This document shows, piece by piece, positions 1 to 10,005 of a stretch of DNA of 64,000 nt; position 1 is the stretch's first letter; every line of letters starts with the position of its first letter. The notes beneath the pieces are model-generated. The model made no database searches. It had not been told where the DNA came from and saw only the letters and a list, made by a program, of their open reading frames with translations. The stretch comes from Bacteroidota bacterium (GTDB lineage: Bacteria > Bacteroidota > Bacteroidia > Chitinophagales > Chitinophagaceae), in contig JADJQP010000011.1 in assembly GCA_016712665.1 (NCBI GenBank), positions 4,824-68,823 of the forward strand, written 5' to 3'. Position numbers and translations under genes: made by a program.

Positions 1-222
1 GTTGTAAGTATTACCAATATGCAAAAAATGGAACTGGATCCAACAAGAGTGAATGTAAATGGCGGTGCGGTTTCATTGGGACATCCCTTAGGCAGCAGCG
101 GATCACGAATTTTGGTAACACTGATTAATGTTTTGCAACAAAAAAATGCAAAAATCGGAGCAGTTGGCATCTGCAACGGTGGTGGCGGAGCTAGTTCCGT
201 AGTCATTGAGCGTATGTCGTAA
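1..222 (+). CDS. acetyl-CoA C-acetyltransferase (thiolase), C-terminal fragment; 5' end lies upstream of the window
   Basis: Frame 1 is open from base 1. VNVNGGAVSLGHPLGSSGSRILVTL and GICNGGGGASSVVIE match the C-terminal thiolase active-site loops. Confidence 0.85.
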   Translation, partial: VVSITNMQKMELDPTRVNVNGGAVSLGHPLGSSGSRILVTLINVLQQKNAKIGAVGICNGGGGASSVVIERMS

Positions 223-377
223 CTTAGTATTCAGCTTGCCATTTATTGGGTAGCCTTTAAGCGCATACAATAGCGTTGATTCATTTTTTTGCCATTGAAC
301 CCCTCATACAAAAAGAAGAGGCCCACAGATGTGAGCCCCTAGTTTTTACCCATAAAAACTATCTTTCTAAATTCTTA

Positions 378-2247
378 TTAATCAGGATTTTTACCATTTA
401 AGAAAGTATTCAGTGTATTGATATTTGAGTTGATACCGGCATCCGTAATCTTCACCGCGCTGTAGGTATCTTCCTCTGATGAAGGATGTGTTTCTAATGG
501 CACATTGCGACGTTGGTAGGCAGGAATATTATCTTCGCTGTCATCGATATCTGCTTTATTGACATTGAAACTCATGGATCGAAGTTTGCTGGCTCGTTCT
601 TCTAAGGCCCTCTTTTGCAATTCAAAATTGGCTTCCCCTTCCAATTCCATATCGGTGAGCAAGCGACTTCCTTTACGACGATTCAATGTAATTCCTTTAA
701 TAGTTACATAATCATCTTGCATTTCTTGCTCCGATTTTTCAACCATTTGAATTGGTTGTGTAACGGTGGCAGGAGTTTCGCTGAATAATTTATTGATTTC
801 ATCTTGAACTGCATTTACTTCGATGTGTTCGGTAACGGAGGCGATTGGCTCACTTTGTTCCGGAACCGTTGGATCTAATTCAAATACAATTCTATTTTCG
901 GGCCATGAAGCAGTTGGTTGTTCCTGCACTTCATTTACAGGTGTAATGACCTCTACCGGTGCCATTGGTTCAGTGGCAAGCGCATTGCTTCCTTCCTCTA
1001 ATTGATACACAACCTTATCCTCTTGGGGTGCAATAGCTTGTGGCACTTCTTGTAGGGTGGATCGTTGCATTGGGGTAGCATGTATTTTACCCAACCCAAA
1101 TGCCAAACGACTTGGGATAGCAGGAGGTTCTACCTCAAACATTTCGATTTTGGCTTCAACCGGTTCTGCTATTTGCGTATTTTCGAAAGAAGGGGTATTT
1201 GATAATTCTGGCACTTCATCCTCCAACTTCATTACCACTTTGTTTTTATCGGAATACGGTCTTTTGTGTTCGGTACTGTAGGCGCTGGTAATATTGTTAT
1301 AAACAAATCCGGTAGCAATTATTGTAACACTGATATTATCGCCAAGGTTATCGTCGAAACCGGTTCCGAAGATAACATCACAGTCATCACCTGCCTGTTC
1401 TTGTACAAATGCTTGTATCATTTCTACTTCATCTAAGGTATGCTCATGTATTCCATGCGCTGAGTTGATATTAAGCAATACCCATTTAGCCCCCTTAATA
1501 TTACTGTCATTAAGTAGAGGAGAATTGATTGCCTTTTCAACAGCATCATAGGCTCTATTTTCGCCACTAGCGGTAGCGCTACCCAATATGGCTACACCGC
1601 CATCACGCATTACGGTACTTACATCTGCAAAATCTACTACTATATGACCTTGTGAGTTGATGACATCTGTAATACATTTGGTGGCTGTGGCCAAGATATC
1701 ATCAGCTCTACAAAATGCTTGAGAGGTAGGAAGATTCCCAAATTGATGGCGCAATTTATCATTTGAAATCACTAAGATGGTGTCTACGTTTTCACGCATT
1801 CTGGCAATTCCTTCTTCGGCTTGTCGCATCCTTCTTTTGCCTTCATAGGAAAAAGGTGTCGTTACAATTCCGACGGTTAATATTCCTAAATCTTTTGCAA
1901 CTTTTGCCACGATAGGTGCACCACCTGTACCGGTGCCTCCACCCATACCGGCCGTCACAAAAACCATTTTGGTATTATTGATTAATAAATTTTCGATTTC
2001 AGCAATACTTTCTTTGCAGGCCATCATGCCCACTTCAGGATTGGCGCCTGCACCAAGCCCTTGCGTAAGAGCCGGTCCTAATTGAATTTTGGTAGCGACA
2101 GTGCTATTGCCTAGTGCTTTTTTATCTGTATTGCATACTATGAAATCTACACCTTCAATGTCAAGGCCAGACATATAGTTTACGGCATTGCCGCCGCCCC
2201 CGCCTACACCAATTACTTTGATGATAGAGGCATTGTTTTGTGGACAT
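378..2247 (-). CDS. ftsZ: cell division GTPase FtsZ (long-linker type); first codons out of frame as sequenced
   Basis: ORF 378..2174 has the tubulin signature GGGTGTGGAP, a long Glu/Pro/Val/Gln-rich linker and a C-terminal NIPAYQRR peptide. The G1 box IIKVIGVGGGGGNAVNYM is encoded in the same frame just upstream of the first ATG of the ORF. It is separated from the only upstream ATG (2247..2245, MSTK) by a 1-nt frame change in the A4 run at 2236..2239. Confidence 0.9.
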
Positions 2248-2387
2248 TTTCAAACCAATACATCACTTTCCCTTTCACTGTATTGAAAATATTATTAATT
2301 AATGCCGCTCTGTTTTTGCCTTTCACTTGCACATACTCGTTTGCCGGGAATTCTGAGGCAATGCTCCTCCGCTTGTCGCAGCATATT

Positions 2388-3767
2388 CTAATGCTGTTCA
2401 TCTCCTGATGTGGCTGCTTTTCTGCTTGAAAAAGTTGGGGCATTAACCTCCATGGATTCTCCAAATTCGCGATCGAGTAATTCTTGTGGAGTGGCTTCAA
2501 ATGTCTTGGCCATATTTACAAAAGTTCCCTCAACCTCGTCTTTATTAACGAAGGATTCTTCGGTATTGTTTGAAATAAATCGCAATCGATTGTTTTCGAA
2601 ATCATCATACCCTCTGAGAATAAGGCCTATACAGGTAGCATACATTGGTTTCATCAATTCGGGTATATGACCTTTTGATAAATGTTCGTTGGGTAAGCCC
2701 AATCGTGCCGGCATTCCTGTTTTGAATTCGGTTAGCTGCATAATATGTTTTAGTTGACTACCCCCTCCGGTAAGAATAATTCCACCATGCAGCTTGTCTT
2801 GCAAATTCATCTGTTTGATATGATACATCACATACTCCAAAATTTCTTCCATACGTGACTGTATGATATTGGCCAAATTTTTTGCTGAAATTTCCTTTTG
2901 CGGTTGTCCCTTCAAACCCGGAATGGTAATGAAGGCATTGCTTTGCGCTTCATCAGCCAGTGCCATACCAAACTTCACTTTCATCTGCTCTGCTTGCGTT
3001 CGCAGAACTCCCAAACCCTGCCGAATGTCGTTGGTAATATTGACCCCTGCAATCGGAATTACAACGGTATGCTTTAGCATGCCTTCATGGAAAATTGCTA
3101 AATCTGTAGTGCCACCGCCAATGTCTACAATAGCGACTCCCGATTCAAAATCTTCGGGACACATAACCGCTGCTGCAGATGCCAATGGTTGCAACACCAA
3201 ATCTTTGGTAGTAAGATTCGCACGTTGAACACATCGATGAATATTTCTGATTGCCGATTTATCGCCGGTAACGATATGAAAATTAGCACCAATTCGAACT
3301 CCTGTCATGCCCACTACCTCTTGCATACTGAAACCTTCCAACGCATCTACGGTAAAATCTTGTGGAATGATATCAATGATCTGGTCGTTTGCAGGAATAA
3401 ACGTTTTGTATTGATCTTTAATCAAGGCATCAATATCCTCTTTTCTGATTTCTTCTTCCACATTATTAATTACACGATCGCCACGCGTTTGCAGACTCTT
3501 AATATGATGTCCGGCAATACCCACGTAAACCTCCTTAATATTTAGGTTTGGATTACTTGCCAGGCATTCGTCTAAGGCAATATTGATAGATCGAATACAT
3601 TCATCAATATTGAGAACCATTCCATGATTTACGCCACTACTATCCGACTTCCCGAAACCAAGGATTTCCAGTTTGCCAAATTCATTTTTTCGTCCTGCGA
3701 TTGCTGCAATTTTAGTAGTGCCGATGTCAAGACCAACAATTACGGGATTTTCTGTTTGCATGTTCAT
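2388..3767 (-). CDS. ftsA: cell division protein FtsA (actin-like ATPase)
   Basis: 459 aa with VGLDIGTTKIAA phosphate-1 motif, DIGGGTTD and ILTGGGSQL actin-fold motifs. Sits between ftsQ and ftsZ. Confidence 0.93.
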   Translation of the reverse strand: MNMQTENPVIVGLDIGTTKIAAIAGRKNEFGKLEILGFGKSDSSGVNHGMVLNIDECIRSINIALDECLASNPNLNIKEVYVGIAGHHIKSLQTRGDRVINNVEEEIRKEDIDALIKDQYKTFIPANDQIIDIIPQDFTVDALEGFSMQEVVGMTGVRIGANFHIVTGDKSAIRNIHRCVQRANLTTKDLVLQPLASAAAVMCPEDFESGVAIVDIGGGTTDLAIFHEGMLKHTVVIPIAGVNITNDIRQGLGVLRTQAEQMKVKFGMALADEAQSNAFITIPGLKGQPQKEISAKNLANIIQSRMEEILEYVMYHIKQMNLQDKLHGGIILTGGGSQLKHIMQLTEFKTGMPARLGLPNEHLSKGHIPELMKPMYATCIGLILRGYDDFENNRLRFISNNTEESFVNKDEVEGTFVNMAKTFEATPQELLDREFGESMEVNAPTFSSRKAATSGDEQH

Positions 3768-3793
3768 TTATTTTATTTTATGGGTTTACGATT

Positions 3794-4978
3794 TTATTTA
3801 AAATATTTACTTTCTGTTACTTCAGTTGCTTTTGCTTTATGTTCTGTTGCGTCCACCTTTGCCTTGGCACCTTCTTTACTAAGCTTTTTCTCAGGTGTTT
3901 TCTTTGCAATTTCTTTTGTAGGGGTTTCCTTTTTTTCAATAGCCTTTGCAACGATTGTAGAATTCATGGGCATTTCTTTGCTTGCCAACATCTTTGTTTT
4001 TTCACGTTCATCCTTTGGCTTTTGAATAGTAACCACAGGTTTAGCTGGTTGTGCAAGCACTACCTTCTTTGGCGTTGCCGGTGCCGCAGCCGTTAGTGGT
4101 GCCCCCGCTACTTGGGAAGTAGAAACCAGAGTTGGTTTCGGCCTTTGTTGAACGGCCAGTAAGGCGTTACTTTGGTGGGTCGTCTTATCGTATGGATCCA
4201 CTGCAATTTTTTGACCTCTTGTATTTCGGCATACCACCTGTCTTTCAAATCTAAGATCAATTTCATCATACTTTTCCCAATTCACCGTTTGATAGCCCTG
4301 CTTATAAAACTGAAATAGTCGTTTCATTTTATTATCGAGATTGTCAATGTTACCCAATATGATTTCCTGTGTTCCGAATGCAGGAATTAATGAAATAGAT
4401 TTTTGCTCATCCACATTAATTTGTGTAATGGCTGCGTTCCAAAAGGTATCATTTTTAATATACTGCCCTAAGGTAACCAAGTCAGACTTTAAGGTAAGAT
4501 CGGGTGTAGTAAAACCCATTTCAGGGGCAGTAGCTACGGGTAAGTCGGCCGTGTATTGCGTTGAAATTGGAATTCTATTGGCATAGGCGTCCAAATAATA
4601 CGGCTCTTCATAATCGTTGGTGGGTTGCACTCTCACTACGGGAACCTTTTGCTCAATTTTAATATGGATGCTATTATCTGCTGCGGTATAAATATTTGAA
4701 TTTTTAACCCATTTATTTTTTTCTATGCTATGTTCCAAATCGCTAATGTTTAACGACCGTAATTTGGTTTGATGTGCTACCACTCCTTTTTGATTCAATA
4801 GTTCGCTGATATTCTTTTGGGTAACGAAACTCAATTGATTATTGGAAAAGCTAATGATAATTTCATTACATACTTCATCTTTAGTAGCCACTTTTGCAAA
4901 GGCGAAAGCCCCTACTACTGCCGGTATCGACAACATAAATAAAATATTTCTCGCTATTTTTACAATACGTTCTTTCAT
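3794..4978 (-). CDS. ftsQ: cell division protein FtsQ with a long Lys/Ala/Pro/Glu-rich C-terminal tail
   Basis: N-terminal TM segment followed by a POTRA/FtsQ-type region. Position between murC and ftsA. The last ~135 aa are low complexity. Confidence 0.75.
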   Translation of the reverse strand: MKERIVKIARNILFMLSIPAVVGAFAFAKVATKDEVCNEIIISFSNNQLSFVTQKNISELLNQKGVVAHQTKLRSLNISDLEHSIEKNKWVKNSNIYTAADNSIHIKIEQKVPVVRVQPTNDYEEPYYLDAYANRIPISTQYTADLPVATAPEMGFTTPDLTLKSDLVTLGQYIKNDTFWNAAITQINVDEQKSISLIPAFGTQEIILGNIDNLDNKMKRLFQFYKQGYQTVNWEKYDEIDLRFERQVVCRNTRGQKIAVDPYDKTTHQSNALLAVQQRPKPTLVSTSQVAGAPLTAAAPATPKKVVLAQPAKPVVTIQKPKDEREKTKMLASKEMPMNSTIVAKAIEKKETPTKEIAKKTPEKKLSKEGAKAKVDATEHKAKATEVTESKYFK

Positions 4979-4981
4979 AAC

Positions 4982-6334
4982 TTACTTGTTTTGAAGTATT
5001 TGTTTTATAGGGTTTATCAATTGATCAATATCGCCTGCACCTGCTGTTATCAGTAACTCTATGGGAGCATGTTGCACCCATTGCAACATACCTTCTTTAG
5101 ACATTATATGTCGATTGTTTACATTCATTTGATCTAAAATGATCTGGCTACTAACTCCTTCAATAGGTAATTCGCGAGCCGGATAAATATCAAGCAAGAT
5201 CACTTCATCCGCCATATCAAGACTTTGTGCGAACCCTGTTGCAAAATCGCGTGTTCGCGAAAACAGATGAGGTTGAAATACAACAGACACTTTTTTACTT
5301 GGAAATAATGCCTTTGCACTACTCAATAACATTTTCAATTCTTCGGGATGATGTGCATAATCATCAATATAAATACAGTCTTCGCTTTTTATTATATATT
5401 CAAATCTTCTTCGAACCCCCTTGAATGCTGCAACAGCACTTCTAACTTTTTCCTTGTCTAATTGCAGCACATCGCATACCGCCATTGCAGAAATCGCATT
5501 TTCGATATTATGCAAACCACCTATATTGAGTTCAATCTCATTCAGCACCTTACCATCCTTATTGAATAAGAAAGAATACGCCCCATTTTTCATTTGAATT
5601 TCGGATGCATAATAATTTGCGGCATCATTTTGAAGACTGTAGCTGAACTTTTGTGGCACCTCAAAATTTCGTGCATGCTTCAAGCCATGTTTATAAATAA
5701 GTGTTTCTTTAATTTGACTTACAAAAGTTAGATAACATCGTTCCATTTCCTCTTTGGTACCATAAATATCCAAATGATCGGCGTCCATTGCGGTAAGTAC
5801 AGCGATTTGAGGAAACAGCTTCAAGAAACTTCTATCATATTCATCGGCTTCAATAACTGCACAGCCGTTTTCGCTACTCCAATAATTTACATCGTAGTTG
5901 GCTGAAATGCCTCCTAAAAATGCATTGCATCCAAACGCTGTATGACGAAGAATATGCGCAATTAATGTTGAAATGGTCGTTTTTCCATGAGTACCGGCGA
6001 CGCATACCGCATTCATTTCCTGAGAAATCATTTGAAGCACATCACTTCGCTTAACAACTTTATATTGATGCTGTTGATACCATTGCAACTCTTGATTGGT
6101 AGCGGGAATGGCCGGCGTATAAATCACCAAATCTACCGCCTTATCTAACAAGGCTATGTCGTCGGTATAATGAATCTGAATTCCTTCCTGCTGCAATTGA
6201 AGTGTGAGGGGCGTCTCCGTTTTATCGTAACCGCTCACTTGCACATTTCTTTGTTTGAAGAATCGGGCAATGGCACTCATACCAATGCCCCCAATTCCGA
6301 CAAAATAAACGCTATGTATGGTATTTAAATTCAT
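4982..6334 (-). CDS. murC: UDP-N-acetylmuramate--L-alanine ligase
   Basis: 450 aa with FVGIGGIGMSAIA Rossmann N-terminus and GTHGKTT P-loop; synteny in the dcw cluster. Confidence 0.93.
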   Translation of the reverse strand: MNLNTIHSVYFVGIGGIGMSAIARFFKQRNVQVSGYDKTETPLTLQLQQEGIQIHYTDDIALLDKAVDLVIYTPAIPATNQELQWYQQHQYKVVKRSDVLQMISQEMNAVCVAGTHGKTTISTLIAHILRHTAFGCNAFLGGISANYDVNYWSSENGCAVIEADEYDRSFLKLFPQIAVLTAMDADHLDIYGTKEEMERCYLTFVSQIKETLIYKHGLKHARNFEVPQKFSYSLQNDAANYYASEIQMKNGAYSFLFNKDGKVLNEIELNIGGLHNIENAISAMAVCDVLQLDKEKVRSAVAAFKGVRRRFEYIIKSEDCIYIDDYAHHPEELKMLLSSAKALFPSKKVSVVFQPHLFSRTRDFATGFAQSLDMADEVILLDIYPARELPIEGVSSQIILDQMNVNNRHIMSKEGMLQWVQHAPIELLITAGAGDIDQLINPIKQILQNK

Positions 6335-6335
6335 G

Positions 6336-7442
6336 TTAGCTTGCTATTTCAATTAATTTTTTTGCGATGCTCAAATCTGCTTCTTTAATAGCCATTTGTT
6401 TTAGATTTTGCGTCATCAATCTTGCCATCACTTCATCCTGCATCAACAACTTTACTTTCTGCATCAATTCAGTCTTGACTTCACTATCTTTTACCATCAA
6501 GGCAGCATTTCGTTGCACTAATGCCAGGGCATTGTGTGTTTGATGATCTTCGCTTGCAAAGGGGAAGGGTACAAACACGATTGGTTTGGCCACTATGGAT
6601 AACTCAGCAATGGAGGAAGCCCCTGAGCGAGAAACAATTATATCTGCCGCTGCGTACGCCAAATCCATTTCTCTAATAAACTCAAATACCTTTACCTGCG
6701 ATTCAAAACCACGTACTGTCTCTTTTGCTAATGGAAAGTAGGTAGTGCCGGTTTGCCAAATCAATTGAGCACCCTCTGCAATGATTTCTTTAAATTGTTG
6801 TATCAGGGTTTCATTGATACTCTTGGCTCCTAAACTTCCACCAAATGCAAACACTATCTTTTTGGTTTCGTTCAATCCGAAAAATCGAATGCCTTCCTGC
6901 TTTGATGCCTTGCTATTGGCAATAGACTGTCGAACCGGATTGCCGATATTAAAAATTTTGCTTTTCGGAAAAAATGCATCCATATGTTCATAGGCAACAC
7001 AAATGGCAGTAGCCCTTTTTCCAAGAATTTTATTGCTTTTTCCGGCAAAAGAATTTTGCTCCTGAATAAGTGTAGCAATGCCTTTTTGCTGTGCGATAAA
7101 CAACATCGGGAAACTTGCGTAACCTCCTACTCCCACTACTGCATTTGGTGCAAAATCGTTTATTATTCTTTTTGCCTGAAACAAACTTTTCAATAATTTG
7201 TAGGGCAGCATTATGTTTTTCAGTAAGGAGCTTCTATTAAATCCGGCAATATCTAACCCTATAATTTCATAGCCTTCTTTGGGTACTTTTTCCATTTCCA
7301 TTTTCCCTTTGGCACCTACAAAAAGGATTTCTGCATCTGGGCGCAACTGCTTTACTGCATTTGCAATGGCAATAGCTGGAAATATATGTCCGCCGGTGCC
7401 ACCACCTGCAATAATAATTTTGATATGTTGCTTAGTACTCAA
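6336..7442 (-). CDS. murG: undecaprenyldiphospho-muramoylpentapeptide beta-N-acetylglucosaminyltransferase
   Basis: 368 aa with the GGTGGHIFPAIA motif, GT28 architecture and dcw synteny. Confidence 0.93.
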   Translation of the reverse strand: MSTKQHIKIIIAGGGTGGHIFPAIAIANAVKQLRPDAEILFVGAKGKMEMEKVPKEGYEIIGLDIAGFNRSSLLKNIMLPYKLLKSLFQAKRIINDFAPNAVVGVGGYASFPMLFIAQQKGIATLIQEQNSFAGKSNKILGKRATAICVAYEHMDAFFPKSKIFNIGNPVRQSIANSKASKQEGIRFFGLNETKKIVFAFGGSLGAKSINETLIQQFKEIIAEGAQLIWQTGTTYFPLAKETVRGFESQVKVFEFIREMDLAYAAADIIVSRSGASSIAELSIVAKPIVFVPFPFASEDHQTHNALALVQRNAALMVKDSEVKTELMQKVKLLMQDEVMARLMTQNLKQMAIKEADLSIAKKLIEIAS

Positions 7443-7443
7443 T

Positions 7444-8624
7444 TTACGAATCTTGGTTTGTATTTTCTAGGAATGATTTTGCATCAGTACTGCTTGCCAA
7501 TTTTTCCTCCTCTACAAATCGACTTACACTTAAGATAATGCCAATGGCCAGACAAGTAAACCAGATGGAGGAACCACCCATACTAACCAAGGGTAGCGTC
7601 AATCCGGTAACGGGTAGCAGATTTACATTAACACCCATATTTAAAAAAGCTTGAAACACGAGGGTAAAGGACAAGCCAACTGCTAAAAAGGCACCGAAGG
7701 CATATGGGCATCTTCGAAATAGCACGATACTTCGCCACAAAAATAATAGATATAAAAAGATGAGTACTCCTCCGCCAATTAAGCCATACTCCTCAATAAT
7801 GATGGCGAAAATAAAATCGGAATATGGATGTGGCAAAAAATTTCGTTGGGTTGAATTGCCGGCACCTTTTCCGGTAATACCTCCTTTGGCAATTGCGATT
7901 TTTGAATGAAGTACCTGAAAGGGCACATCATTTTTATCATCAGAAGTAAATTTTTTAATACGTTGTTCCCAGGTATCCGCTCGACCAAACCCCGTCATTT
8001 TTGACACAGTAAATAAAATTCCAAAAAGCAATATGCCGGTAGTGGCCAACAACAACAAATGTGAAATCTTAATTCTTCCTATAAAAAATAATACAGAAGA
8101 TGATAAGGCAATCATGAGTGCAGTAGAGAGATTGGCCATGGCCACCAAACCGCAAATAACAATTACGGGAAGGAAGATATTTAAAAAACACGCTTCAGAT
8201 TTCCTAAATCGTTTTGCATTTTGGACAGTTGACGGGCCAAAAACATAAACAAGCCCAATTTTGCCAAATCGGATGTTTGGAAGGTAGTATTCACATACGG
8301 AAGTCGTAACCATCTGGAACCTCCATTGAGTTCTGTACCAAAAAACAAGGTATAAATTAGTAGTGGAACGCTGATAGCAAAAATGATTACCGCTATATTT
8401 GAATAAATTTTATAATTGACTTTATGGCTAAAATAAATAATCACGAGTCCGGCTGCTAAAAAGGCCAACTGCTTAATGAGATACACTTCGGTATGTCCTT
8501 TGTTCAGTCGATACGCAATAGAACTGGTAGAACTATATACGGCAAGCAGACTTACCAGAGAAAGTACAATAACGACTCCCCAAATCACTTTGTCACCTTT
8601 TGTTCTATTTAATAAATGTTCCAT
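7444..8624 (-). pseudogene. ftsW: FtsW (SEDS family) lipid II flippase/peptidoglycan polymerase, split by a 1-nt frameshift as sequenced (probably a functional gene)
   Basis: ORFs 8181..8624 (N-terminal TMs) and 7444..8313 (PYSDFIFAIIIEEYGLIGG) are the two halves. Adding one T to the coding-strand T6 run (plus-strand A6 at 8183..8188) joins them as ...LKRVF-LNIFLPVIV... Confidence 0.88.
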
Positions 8625-8642
8625 TGTTTTGTTTTCTAATAA

Positions 8643-9984
8643 TTAAAGGGCCCGTACAGAATTTTTAAATTGCTCGCCACGATCTTCATAATTTTTAAAT
8701 AAATCGAAACTGGCGCAGGCTGGCGACAAAAGCACCACATCACCGTTTGCAGCTTGCTCATAGGCATACCTTACGGCATCATCAATATTTTTCGCGTCCA
8801 AAATAGTGACCTTTGAATCGAAGGCTCGGTGAATGGCACTATTGTCGACACCAAGGCATACAATACATTTCACTTTTTCCTTTACCAGACTTTCAATTTC
8901 GGAATAATCGTTTCCTTTGTCGACCCCACCCAGTATCAAAACAATGGGCTTCTGAATCGATTCGAGCGCATACCATACACTATTCAAATTGGTAGCTTTG
9001 CTATCATTGATAAACTCGATACCTCTTATAAAGGCAACGGTTTCCATTCGATGCTCCAGTGCACTGAAGGTGCGTAGGCTCTCTCGAATGGAGGTATTTC
9101 GAATTTCAGCCACTCGAGACGAAATTCCTGCTGCCATTGAGTTATACTGATTATGTTTACCTTTCAACGATAGGTCGTTTATTGAAATTGAGAAGGGCTC
9201 TCCATTCACACGTATCATCATTTCGTTGCCGTTTACATAGGCACCATCAGTATTTAGAGATTCATTCATGGTAAAAAAAAGAATTTTAGGATTTAAAATA
9301 TGTTCGTTCAAATAGTCGTTTGTTGCTTTGTCTTCTTTGCATACAATCAGATAATCTTCTTTGGTCTGATTCATCGCAATCTTAAATTTCGCCTTTGTAT
9401 ACAGCGAGAAATCATAATTGTATCGATCAAGGTGATCGGGAGTTATATTGGTAATCACTGCAATGTCGGGTCGAAAGTCAATGATGTCGTCTAATTGAAA
9501 GCTACTGATTTCCATTACATACCAGGCTGTGGGCTTCGTAGCAATTTGCCGGGCGAAACTATATCCGATATTTCCAACTACTGATACATCTTGATTATCT
9601 TTCAAAAACATATCGTAGCAAATGCTGGTGGTGGTGGTTTTACCATTGCTACCGGTAATGCAAACCATTTTACTTTCCCCTTTATATCTGTAGGCGAATT
9701 CGATTTCACTCATCACAGGAATTCTTTTCTCGATTGCTTTTTGAACCATTTCCACTTTATGAGGAATACCGGGACTTTTGACAATTTCCGTTGCATTCAA
9801 AACAATTTCCTCAGTATGTCCTCCTTCTTCAAAAGGAATATTTTTGCGCTGTCAATTCAAGCTTATACTTTTCGGCAATCGTATTTTTTTCACTTACAAA
9901 CACAGAGATGCCCATTTTATGCGCCAGCAAAGCCGCACCTGTGCCGCTTTCCCCACTACCTAATATGACCAATTGATACTTCAC
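8643..9984 (-). pseudogene. murD: UDP-N-acetylmuramoylalanine--D-glutamate ligase, N-terminal domain out of frame as sequenced (probably a functional gene)
   Basis: ORF 8643..9800 has the ITGSNGKTTT P-loop and Mur ligase domains. The Rossmann N-terminus KYQLVILGSGESGTGAALLAHKMGISVFVSE (GTG near 9984) is in another frame. Removing one A from the coding-strand A5 run (plus T5 at 9841..9845) restores ...LTAQNIPFEEGGHTEEIVLNATEIVKSPGIP. Confidence 0.88.
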
Positions 9985-10005
9985 TGCTTTGATTGCGTAT
10001 ACTTT

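Noticed and set aside
2213-2500. 95-aa minus-strand ORF spanning the ftsA-ftsZ spacer
   Set aside because: It overlaps the 3' end of ftsA out of frame. Its 3' part is the mis-framed ftsZ leader, and it has no recognisable protein features.
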